This document shows positions 20,496 through 28,571 of a DNA stretch of 64,000 nt, in pieces (within the stretch, counting starts at the first letter, position 1; each line of letters starts with the position of its first letter). This stretch comes from Candidatus Melainabacteria bacterium 17Bon1m. Lineage in GTDB: Bacteria; Cyanobacteriota; Vampirovibrionia; Obscuribacterales; Obscuribacteraceae. The notes below the pieces were generated by a model. It made no database searches. It was not told the origin of the DNA and saw only the letters and a program-made list of their open reading frames with translations. The DNA is taken from assembly GCA_032128875.1 (NCBI GenBank), contig JAVLKG010000006.1, positions 160,001 through 224,000 of the forward strand, in the 5' to 3' direction. The translations under genes and the position numbers were made by a program.

Positions 20496-20581
20496 TGGCG
20501 GAGCAGGAGGGACTCGAACCCCCAACCCCTTTCGAGGCAGCCGCTTTCAAGGCGGTGTCTTCATCCAGCCAGGTCTGCTCC
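20496..20581 (-). tRNA. tRNA-Ser (anticodon UGA), CCA encoded, atypical D-arm
   Basis: Acceptor GGAGCAG/CTGCTCC, G73, CCA; anticodon arm CCGC-CTTGAAA-GCGG; long variable arm GCCTC-GAAA-GGGGT; T-arm GGGGG-TTCGAGT-CCCTC. Confidence 0.88.
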
Positions 20582-20807
20582 ATAGCCAAGAACACTATTT
20601 TACTTTCTTCCGCCCGGAGTTCAATCACTGAAGCTCCAACATGTCGATAGATGCACGAATGAATAAGAATGTTTCGTATGTTTTCGATCAAACAGAAAGT
20701 TTTCAATAGCTAGGATGCTCAACAGTTCTGGCTATGAACCCTTGCCATTTGACTGAACTCGGACACTAAATACCACCTGTTGGAAACAATCGGATAAAGT
20801 TACATAG

Positions 20808-21647
20808 ATGGCAAAGTCTGGAAATATTGAACGGCTGGACACGATCGTCGTTGAGAGGGGACTCTTTGCGACGAAAGAATCCGCACGCACTGCAATCATG
20901 GAAGGCTTGGTACTTGTTGATGGACAACCGGTAACCAAGCCAGGTCACTCTGTGAAATCTCAGTCCAAGGTGGAGCTTTCACCGTCTTACCAGCCCCCTA
21001 AGTTCGTCAGCAGGGGTGGGTTGAAGTTGGAAAAGGCACTCGATGAGTTTCATATCGATCTTTCAAATAGAGTGTGTCTCGACATCGGCGCTTCTACCGG
21101 TGGTTTTACCGACTGCATGTTGAAGCGTGGCGCCAGTTATGTCTATGCTGTTGATGTCGGCTATGGGCAACTGGACTGGACTCTGAGGCAGAATGAGCGA
21201 GTCAAAGTGATGGAACGCGTCAATGCGCGCAATTTGACTCCAGCTATGTTGTATTCAGAAAGCGAAACAGCTGCGCGAGTTGATTTCGCGAGCATGGATG
21301 TTTCTTTCATATCAGCATTTAAAGTTTTGCCGTCGGTGCTGCAGTCGATGGACGAGAAGAAATCTGAGTTCGTCATTCTGGTCAAGCCGCAATTCGAAGC
21401 TGGGCGGCAGTTTGTAGGGCACGGAGGCGTTGTGCGTGACCCGGCTGTTCACCTTGATGTTTTGAATATGGCGAAAGAAAAGTCTACGGAATTAGGATTG
21501 CATGCTCAATCTGTTAGTTACTCTCCAATAAAAGGTCCAAAAGGAAACATCGAATTCTTGCTCCATCTTTCGCGTGAAAAAACGGCTGCAGATGCGGATC
21601 TTGCAGCCGTTGTTCAAAGAGCGCACTCCGAACTTACTGTTTTGTAA
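20808..21647 (+). CDS. tlyA: TlyA-family rRNA 2'-O-methyltransferase
   Basis: S4 domain, FVSRGGLKL, DIGASTGGFTD, DVSFIS, LVKPQFE, GPKGNIEF. Confidence 0.95.
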   Translation: MAKSGNIERLDTIVVERGLFATKESARTAIMEGLVLVDGQPVTKPGHSVKSQSKVELSPSYQPPKFVSRGGLKLEKALDEFHIDLSNRVCLDIGASTGGFTDCMLKRGASYVYAVDVGYGQLDWTLRQNERVKVMERVNARNLTPAMLYSESETAARVDFASMDVSFISAFKVLPSVLQSMDEKKSEFVILVKPQFEAGRQFVGHGGVVRDPAVHLDVLNMAKEKSTELGLHAQSVSYSPIKGPKGNIEFLLHLSREKTAADADLAAVVQRAHSELTVL

Positions 21648-21685
21648 GGGTGCCGGGTGTGCCTCCCCTCCAGAACGAGAGTGAG

Positions 21686-22339
21686 CTACTGTTTTGTCAC
21701 ATCACGTTTGGCGGTGGCAGAAATCGTGACAATGACTGTATCTGCTAGCTTTTGGAAAACCACTTCCGGTCGCTTGATTTGGTGATCTTTGAACGGAACG
21801 TTGAATGTGCTCTTGATCTGAATCAGATCGCAGTCTTCAAACTTGCTTTTGGTGGTTTCGCAGTTCTTGTAGAAGGTCAGATCGACAGGCACTGTCTTTT
21901 TCACAGTGACTCCGTGCAGTGCGAAGTCTCCGGTCGCCTTGATAGTGACCTTTTGCTTGTCTTTCAAAACACCCGTCACGCCTGGCTGCGACTTGACTGT
22001 AAAGGTCGCTTTGGGAAATTTTTTGGTCTCCAGAAAATTGTCGCGCATGTGCTCGTTGCGCAGCGGGATTCCAGTGTCAATCGATGCGAGGTCAACGTCG
22101 AATGTCGCGGTGAATGGCTTGGAAAGATCCATTGATTCGTCGACGCTGATTTTGCCTTTTACTGCGCTTGTTTTGCCAACGATAAGCTCAATAGGAGCGT
22201 CGGACGTAAAGCTAATGGAGTCGCGCTTTTTCTCATCGTCGACAACAAAATTCAATTGCTTTGCATTGACTGATGTCGAAGCTACGCTCAGTGCGATTCC
22301 TGTCGCTGCGATGGCAGCGAAAAATACCTTGTTTTGCAT
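21686..22339 (-). CDS. YceI-family secreted lipid/isoprenoid-binding protein
   Basis: Signal peptide; 'SIDTGIPLRNEHMRDNFLETKKFPKATF...GDFALHGVT'. Confidence 0.9.
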   Translation of the reverse strand: MQNKVFFAAIAATGIALSVASTSVNAKQLNFVVDDEKKRDSISFTSDAPIELIVGKTSAVKGKISVDESMDLSKPFTATFDVDLASIDTGIPLRNEHMRDNFLETKKFPKATFTVKSQPGVTGVLKDKQKVTIKATGDFALHGVTVKKTVPVDLTFYKNCETTKSKFEDCDLIQIKSTFNVPFKDHQIKRPEVVFQKLADTVIVTISATAKRDVTKQ

Positions 22340-22342
22340 GAT

Positions 22343-23149
22343 TTATTTACCCACTTTTCTGTCGCCCACAAACAAATTGATTTCATGGAATTGTTCGATC
22401 AATTCAATCAAGTCAGTCACTGCTGACTGGGGATTGCGCTCAGGATTCAGTTCTACACAGCGTTTTGCTAGTTGTCCATACGAGCTGACATCCGCTTCGG
22501 AAAGAAGAACCTGTGCATTGTCATCAAGTTCTACGATTCGTACACGGTGAGAAAACGGATCGCGATACATTGCAACGTGCGATTTTTCCGGCGCAAATTT
22601 TTTGCGGCTGCCTTTTCCCTCGTCAAGAAGGTCGACAATCTTTTGAATTGGATACTTATAAGTTTTTACTGCCAGAGTTGGATTCAAGACTGGACCAAGC
22701 GATACAAACGCTTCCGGATCGCTAAGCGGAGTCCTTTCAGTGACACTAACTGTAGTATCAACTTCAAGAAGCTCCATTTCCAGCCATTCGTAGTCGGCAA
22801 GCTCTGCAAGGTATGGACGCTTTTCTAGAAGGTCTGCGCAGTGCTCTCTTATGAATTGTGGAAACCGTCTTGCTGAGCTGTTTAAATGAAAGTGATCGGG
22901 TGGAAAAACGCTTACATATTTCTTGACCAGCTTTTCCCAACTGTTGCCCAGGAGCTCGGCGCAATATGGATAAATTGATGTCAGAACATCCTCATGTCCA
23001 TAGCCAATCAAGCGAGCGTAAAGCCGCGCACCATCAGCATCAAATTGATCTGATTCCAAAAGACAGCTAAGTGACTGAGCACTTTCGATCGGTTGTCTTT
23101 GCATCCAAACGGAGGTCAGTGTCTTTTCAATTTCATGCAGAGAGGACAC
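22343..23149 (-). CDS. DUF2063 MNIO partner protein (HvfC/BufC-like)
   Basis: 'ARLYARLI...LTSIYP...F..FI...PYLAELADYEWLEMEL'; overlaps the DUF692 stop. Confidence 0.85.
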   Translation of the reverse strand: MSSLHEIEKTLTSVWMQRQPIESAQSLSCLLESDQFDADGARLYARLIGYGHEDVLTSIYPYCAELLGNSWEKLVKKYVSVFPPDHFHLNSSARRFPQFIREHCADLLEKRPYLAELADYEWLEMELLEVDTTVSVTERTPLSDPEAFVSLGPVLNPTLAVKTYKYPIQKIVDLLDEGKGSRKKFAPEKSHVAMYRDPFSHRVRIVELDDNAQVLLSEADVSSYGQLAKRCVELNPERNPQSAVTDLIELIEQFHEINLFVGDRKVGK

Positions 23150-24098
23150 GAGCGTGTTTTACCTCCGCCAAATCTCTATGACCTGCAGGTGCCGCTTTTC
23201 TATCAAAGTGTTTTGGAGCTGAAGCTGCTTTTGGAGGCATTCCTGATCTCCGCACTTGAGCTGCGGCGTCACTGATTGCGCGGATTCGGTCCACTTCCAT
23301 AAGTATTTCCTCGAATTCGGGGAAATTTTGATCGCGCTCCAGCATTACGCCTTTTGCTTCCACTCTTTCCAGTACGTATTGGAGTAGTTCGAACACCGGT
23401 TCAACAACAGCAGAACCGTGCGTATCAATTACATATTCGCTGCCCTGCTTGTGACCGGCAACGTGAATCTGAACGGTTCTTTCCAGCGGGATTTGATCTA
23501 AATATTGATATGGATCAAAGCCGTGATTGAGGCTGTTTACATAAACATTGTTGACGTCTAAAAGCAGCCCGCAATCTGCTTTTTCAGCGACTTCTGCAAG
23601 AAATTGCGAGTCATTCATCTCGCAACCGGGGACGTTCATGTAATAGGAAATGTTTTCGAGAAGAAACGGTCTGCCGATCGTTTCCTGCACTCGCTTTACC
23701 TTCTCAGCGATCAATTTGATCGCTTCTTTAGAGCGGGGCAGCGGCAACAAGTCGTGCATGTAAATGCCGTCGCAGCTCGTGAAGCAGAGATGATCGCTGA
23801 ACCAAGGTGCATCAATGAGGTCGAGCAATTTTTTCAGTTTGCTCAAATACTCACTGTTGAGGTCATCTGTGCTTCCGATAGATAGATTGATACCATGCGT
23901 GACTAGAGGGAACTTGTTACGCGCCGACTCGAGTCGTTCGCGGCAAGCCCCCCCTAGTCCCATATAGTTTTCTGGCACCAACTCTAGCCAGTCGATCCGG
24001 CTTTTGCTCTCCAGTGTTTGTGTTGCTAACTCTCTGCGCAAACCCAACCCAATACCAAGATTGGGAAGACGTTTTTTCGTGTCGAGAAAGTCAGGCAT
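23133..24098 (-). CDS. DUF692 multinuclear non-heme iron oxidative enzyme (MNIO)
   Basis: GIGLGLR, ELVPENY, HGINLSIG, FSDHLC, LLENI, LLDVNNVYVN, IHVAGH, IDTHG, LERD. Confidence 0.95.
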   Translation of the reverse strand: MPDFLDTKKRLPNLGIGLGLRRELATQTLESKSRIDWLELVPENYMGLGGACRERLESARNKFPLVTHGINLSIGSTDDLNSEYLSKLKKLLDLIDAPWFSDHLCFTSCDGIYMHDLLPLPRSKEAIKLIAEKVKRVQETIGRPFLLENISYYMNVPGCEMNDSQFLAEVAEKADCGLLLDVNNVYVNSLNHGFDPYQYLDQIPLERTVQIHVAGHKQGSEYVIDTHGSAVVEPVFELLQYVLERVEAKGVMLERDQNFPEFEEILMEVDRIRAISDAAAQVRRSGMPPKAASAPKHFDRKAAPAGHRDLAEVKHARVLSA

Positions 24099-24146
24099 AA
24101 CATCTCAGGCGAACTAAAGCTGAATCCGACTGGCAAAAAGCTGATG

Positions 24147-24180
24147 AAAAAATAGCGCCACACCAATAGTGAGCGCTATT
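24147..24180 (-). terminator. Hairpin plus U-tract between precursor 1 and the MNIO gene
   Basis: Minus strand AATAGCGCTCAC-TATTGGT-GTGGCGCTATT then TTTT, starting 3 nt after the precursor stop. Confidence 0.65.
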
Positions 24181-24182
24181 TC

Positions 24183-24488
24183 TTACTTGGATTCTTTGCT
24201 TTTGCAGGCGCTTTCTTTGCCTTTGCAAGAGCTTTCTTTGCCTTTGCAGGATCCTTCTTTTCCTTTGCAGGATCCTTCTTTGCCTTTTTCTTTGCTCTTG
24301 CATGAGCTTTCTTTGCCCTTGCAGGAAGCTTCAGAGCCTTTTGCTTTCTTGGTGCTCTTTTCGGTCTTCTTTTCTACCTTTGTTGTTTCTTTGGTTTCGG
24401 TAGTTGTTTCATCAGCAGCGCGTGCGGCGCCGTTGAGGGTAAGTCCGAGTACTGCCAAGAGAGCAGCGGCCAATTGTGTTTTTTGCAT
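24183..24488 (-). CDS. Putative secreted MNIO RiPP precursor 1 (six Cys heptad repeats)
   Basis: GGAGG RBS, Sec signal ending AARA; EASCKGK ESSCKSK EGSCKGK EGSCKGK ESSCKGK ESACKSK; directly upstream of DUF692. Confidence 0.88.
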   Translation of the reverse strand: MQKTQLAAALLAVLGLTLNGAARAADETTTETKETTKVEKKTEKSTKKAKGSEASCKGKESSCKSKEKGKEGSCKGKEGSCKGKESSCKGKESACKSKESK

Positions 24489-24583
24489 GTTGTCCTCCCT
24501 GAACGTTTAGACAATGAACCCCAAGGGAGACAATCTCCCTATTCCTGGGCACATGTGGGTCATCCTAGGTCACTGTGATTAAC

Positions 24584-24608
24584 AAAAAGCCATTTGTATG
24601 TAATGGCT
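24584..24608 (-). terminator. Possible terminator after precursor 2
   Basis: Minus strand AGCCATT-ACATACA-AATGGCT-TTTT. Confidence 0.5.
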
Positions 24609-24674
24609 GTGTAAAATCGCAAACCCACTGAATACTACGGCTTAGCGGGTTTTAAGATTCTTCACAAAAGTGAG

Positions 24675-25040
24675 CTATTTCTTTTCGACCTTGGTCTCTT
24701 TCTTTACTTCGGTTTTGGAATGAGCTTCAGATGCTGCTTTTGCACCTTTCTCATCGGTTCCGCAAGAGCCTTTGCCGCATGCTGATTCTTTTCCAGCCTT
24801 CTTGGTGGTCTTTTCAGTAGCTTTTACAGTGGTTTTTGGAGCTTTCCCGTCTTCCTTGGTCGTGGTTTTTTCTTTGACTTTGGTAGTTACGGAATCCTTT
24901 TTATCGGACACTGTAGTGGTTTTGTCGGTAGTAGTCGCGCTCTTTGTTACTTCCTTATCCGCTGCCATTGCGGCGTTGGCGGTAACAAGACTGACTACCG
25001 CGGCAATGAGAGCCGCGTCGAATCTAGATTTTGCTTCCAT
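24675..25040 (-). CDS. Putative secreted MNIO RiPP precursor 2 (ESACGKGSCG)
   Basis: Likely start at MEAKSRF after GAAGGA; signal ending AMA; Lys/Thr-rich; two Cys in KESACGKGSCG. Confidence 0.78.
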   Translation of the reverse strand: MEAKSRFDAALIAAVVSLVTANAAMAADKEVTKSATTTDKTTTVSDKKDSVTTKVKEKTTTKEDGKAPKTTVKATEKTTKKAGKESACGKGSCGTDEKGAKAASEAHSKTEVKKETKVEKK

Positions 25041-25235
25041 TTTTTTTGAACATCCTTCAAATGAGGGGTGTAATCTCGAACAAGAAATATTTACCAACAA
25101 GCTTGGGTTGAGTTCAACGGCATATTATTGACCGTTAAGAAATTCGCGCAAATTCGTTTGCTCAAGTCGCGGAATACATATATATAGGTACGAAACCACC
25201 GCGGTTGTCATTGGGGGGCTGGGAGAGAAGAGCTG

Positions 25236-25919
25236 ATGGCTGGAAATACTAAGTCTGCGCAACTGAATGTTTTGTATCTGCATGGATTTGGGTCATCGCC
25301 TACTTCGCAAAAAGCGATTCGCTTCAAATCGATGCTTGAAGATAATGGCGCGCAAGTTGAAATTCCAGATTTGAATTTTCCATCGTTTAGAGAGATGACT
25401 CTCGCTACTCAACTTGATCTTCTCGATAGCAAAATAGATCAACTGTCATCTGGTATTCCGCTTGTTCTCTTTGGATCAAGCATGGGCGGTTTGCTCGCAT
25501 CACTTCTTGCTGTGAAAAAGAAACCGATCGCAGCGCTTGTTCTTCTTGCTCCGGGATTTGGAATTGCAAGACGCTGGAAAGAGTTTGTCACAGCAGAAGA
25601 ATACGAAAAGTGGCAGAAGACCGGAGAGCATCACTTCTATCATCACGCGCATGACGCGCACATGCCTTTAGGATACGAATTCGCAAGAGTGATGGAGAGC
25701 ATGCAGACAGAAGATCTTTCTATTGAAGTTCCGTGTCTTGTCTTTCACGGAATGCACGATAAGACTGTGCCGGTAGAAGAGAGTAAAAAGTTTGCGAGTA
25801 TCAACAAGACAGTCGATCTCAGAATTCTTGATGACGATCATCAACTGCTGAACTCTGTAGAACACATGTTGGTCGAGTCAAAGCTGTTTTTGCAGTCCCA
25901 TCAACTCGTGCGAGCATGA
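25236..25919 (+). CDS. YqiA/YcfP-like alpha/beta hydrolase (esterase)
   Basis: YLHGFGSSP, GSSMGG, HGMHDKTVP, DDHQL. Confidence 0.9.
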   Translation: MAGNTKSAQLNVLYLHGFGSSPTSQKAIRFKSMLEDNGAQVEIPDLNFPSFREMTLATQLDLLDSKIDQLSSGIPLVLFGSSMGGLLASLLAVKKKPIAALVLLAPGFGIARRWKEFVTAEEYEKWQKTGEHHFYHHAHDAHMPLGYEFARVMESMQTEDLSIEVPCLVFHGMHDKTVPVEESKKFASINKTVDLRILDDDHQLLNSVEHMLVESKLFLQSHQLVRA

Positions 25920-25942
25920 ATATTATCGGCAGGTAATAAGAA

Positions 25943-25969
25943 AGAGGCACCGGTAAAACCGATGCCTCT
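25943..25969. terminator. Hairpin between convergent genes
   Basis: AGAGGCACCGGT-AAA-ACCGATGCCTCT. Confidence 0.6.
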
Positions 25970-26001
25970 CAATGGATTAGGTCTTATTTCCTTTCGGAAG
26001 C

Positions 26002-26547
26002 TTAGCCCATACCGCCTTCAGCTGCCGGAGCGGCTACTTTCTTTTTGGCGGTTGCTTTTTTCTTCTTTGCTGGTGCCTTTTTAGCGCCGGCTTTCTTTGC
26101 TGGGGCCTTTTTGGCTGCAGCTTTCTTGGCGGGTGCTTTCTTTGCTGCTGCTTTTTTCTTAGGAGCGGCTTTTTTGGCTGCAGCTTTTTTAGGAGCTGCT
26201 TTCTTTGCTGCTGCTTTCTTCTTAGGAGCGGCTTTCTTAGCTGCTTTCTTCGGAGCTGCTTTCTTAGCGGCTTTCTTAGGAGCAGCTTTCTTAGCAGTGG
26301 TCTTCTTAGCTGCAGCTTTCTTAGGAGCAGCCTTCTTCGCTGCTGCCTTCTTAGGAGCTGCTTTCTTAGCAGTAGTCTTCTTAGCTGCTTTCTTAGGAGC
26401 TGCTTTCTTAGCGGTTGCTTTCTTAGCGGTTCTCTTCTTAGCGGCTTTCTTCGGCTTAGCGGTTTCAGCGCCGGCTTCGTCGGCCATAGCTGCAGCTGGA
26501 TTTACTTTCTTAGCTGCTGCTTTTCTCTTCTTAGGTTTAGCTGCCAT
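26002..26547 (-). CDS. Histone H1-like Lys/Ala/Pro-rich nucleoid protein
   Basis: Many KKAAP/KKAAA pentapeptides; GGAGG RBS upstream. Confidence 0.88.
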   Translation of the reverse strand: MAAKPKKRKAAAKKVNPAAAMADEAGAETAKPKKAAKKRTAKKATAKKAAPKKAAKKTTAKKAAPKKAAAKKAAPKKAAAKKTTAKKAAPKKAAKKAAPKKAAKKAAPKKKAAAKKAAPKKAAAKKAAPKKKAAAKKAPAKKAAAKKAPAKKAGAKKAPAKKKKATAKKKVAAPAAEGGMG

Positions 26548-27393
26548 TATTTCTCCTCCCGAGAATTTGTTTGGCGGTTAGGAAGTTGCTTTGCACTGGA
26601 CTAGTAATAGTTTGTGCTTAGAACCGTGTCACTGTCTCTAATTGAGTCGGACCCTTGCCACCATTGATACTAAGAGTACGAATTCATTTCAATTTGCACT
26701 CTATCAATCACACCACACGTTTAATACATTACTTTCTCTTGGCCGAAATTGCAATATATGGATCACCTCGCGCAAGCGATCGAGTTGCTCGAATTCGATC
26801 ATCGATCAGTGATCGCATTTCATTGAAACCCGCATGATAACTCGCTTCTATTTAGGCACCACTGCTGATGGCCCCTCGTTTGGGGGACGAAAAAAAAATT
26901 TTTCGAGTTTGAAACATTTTTTTCGAGGTTTTGGATCTGTTGGTCGCAAAAGTTTCAATTTCGACCTTGATCGAAGCGCAATTTTCTTTTGTTCACTGCT
27001 GGTTTTGCAGTGTGTGAAAACCCGCATGATAAGCGTGTTGGCGAAGAGTGTAAAACAATCGCGCACTGCGTTTTTTTGTTTCCAAATTGTTCTTTTGATC
27101 GGACCAAAAAGTGGCGTATCAGGATTTTCACAACTTTGAAAAATTTTGGTCGTGTATTTAACATGCATATACACTTTCTGAAAAATCGAACAGAAATCAC
27201 TCGAAGAAAAAGGCTGTTTGGACTTTTGCTCCAATCTAAATTTTGAGGTTCGAAATATACGCGCCTGTTTGCATTTGCGAACGCAGGACAATTGCAAATG
27301 GAATTTCCCATTTTCGCTGACGTCAGAATGCGCGTGCGGAAAATTTCCCGCAAAGCTATGTGTAGCTTCCGAAAGAGAATTGCGTGACTAAAA

Positions 27394-28377
27394 TTAGAGT
27401 CTTCCGACGAATCCAAAGGCAGATCGGAAACCTTCAGTCTGCAACTGAGGTAAATCAGTAAAATCGATCACATCATGATCGATCAAGCGTTCGTATTCAC
27501 CAGGAAGCGTACAGGGCGCGGGATTCCGGCCTGGGTTGTCCGTACAAATCGCAATCGCAACTCCATATTCTTTACACCGCTCAAACACAACTTTCAATTC
27601 GCTCAGATCCTTGATTGAACCGGTCTGTAAGTAGCTTGTCGGACAAACTTCCAGAGTGATCTGACGTTTTGCAACTTCCTTCAACAGATCAGGACGCGAA
27701 ATTGGAATGTGAATGCCATGACCAATCCTATCGAGGACTGAAAAGTAATCTGGGTGGACATTCTCGGCGCTTGTCTCGCCGAGGTGGCAGGTTGTTTTAA
27801 GACCAAACGATCTGGCCTTGCGAAGGAGGTTTACCCAAACCTCATATTTTTCCGGATCGATTTCCGGACCGGCGAGATCAATTCCAACCACAGGACCCAG
27901 ATTCTCTTTTGCAACATTGAGAATCGCTTCATTGAGATGTTGCGGAAGTCGTCTATCGAGACAGAGGATCTGCTTCACGGTAATGGGATACTCAGCCGGT
28001 CTTACGTTGGCAGAGATGATTTCTATAATCTCCTGCATCAACTCAATTCTGCGTTCGGGAGGTTGAGTGTGATCGGTTCGAAAGTAAGGATTGTATCGAA
28101 GTTCGAGATATTGAAGATTTTCGAAAGTGTATGCGCCTCTGCAAAGTCGTTTGCAGAAATACGGAAGGTGCTTTGCACTCTGTAATTCTTCAACCAGTGT
28201 GTGGATTTTGACAAACTCTTCTAATGTTTTGCACTGGCGCGTAAACCAAGTGTAGAAGCCGTCATAGTCAGGAAAGTAACTCAATACTGCATGATCATGC
28301 AATTGCAGGAATTTGTAGATGATTCTCGGGTGAAGTGCGCCGCCGAGATGTCGATGAAGATCAGCGTATAAAGCCAT
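27394..28377 (-). CDS. add: Adenosine deaminase family protein
   Basis: DLHRHLGG, YLELR, GIDLAGPE, HLGE, RIGHG, EVCPTS, TDNP. Confidence 0.88.
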   Translation of the reverse strand: MALYADLHRHLGGALHPRIIYKFLQLHDHAVLSYFPDYDGFYTWFTRQCKTLEEFVKIHTLVEELQSAKHLPYFCKRLCRGAYTFENLQYLELRYNPYFRTDHTQPPERRIELMQEIIEIISANVRPAEYPITVKQILCLDRRLPQHLNEAILNVAKENLGPVVGIDLAGPEIDPEKYEVWVNLLRKARSFGLKTTCHLGETSAENVHPDYFSVLDRIGHGIHIPISRPDLLKEVAKRQITLEVCPTSYLQTGSIKDLSELKVVFERCKEYGVAIAICTDNPGRNPAPCTLPGEYERLIDHDVIDFTDLPQLQTEGFRSAFGFVGRL

Positions 28378-28571
28378 TAGGTTTGAAACTCACTAGGAAG
28401 GGGCTGCCGTATTTTGCAAATGCATTGGATTCTACAGAACTTATACCTCGCATTCGCAGTCACTCATTTTTGTAGGGAATAACAAACAGTGTAAGAACGG
28501 CCGGCGAGGTGCCGATTTCACTTGCACTGTACTATATATATGGAATGTCGTATAAAAGGTCCTGACATAAC

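Noticed and set aside
20496-20581. tRNA-Sec, or a tRNA integration site
   Set aside because: The anticodon reads UGA rather than UCA and the acceptor stem is 7 bp; no integrase or duplicated 3' end is seen.
24091-24510. Alternative repeat ORFs (LQRQRK and LPLQ repeats) over precursor 1
   Set aside because: Other-frame readings of the same 21-bp repeat; only the Cys frame has an RBS and signal peptide.
26045-26581. Hydrophobic AAFL-repeat ORF on the plus strand
   Set aside because: Antisense shadow of the Lys/Ala-rich H1-like gene, which has the RBS.
26548-27393. oriC, or protein-coding ORFs (26834, 26848, 26955, 26989)
   Set aside because: No cluster of TT[AT]TNCACA DnaA boxes; the ORFs overlap on both strands, have atypical composition and show no recognisable motifs.
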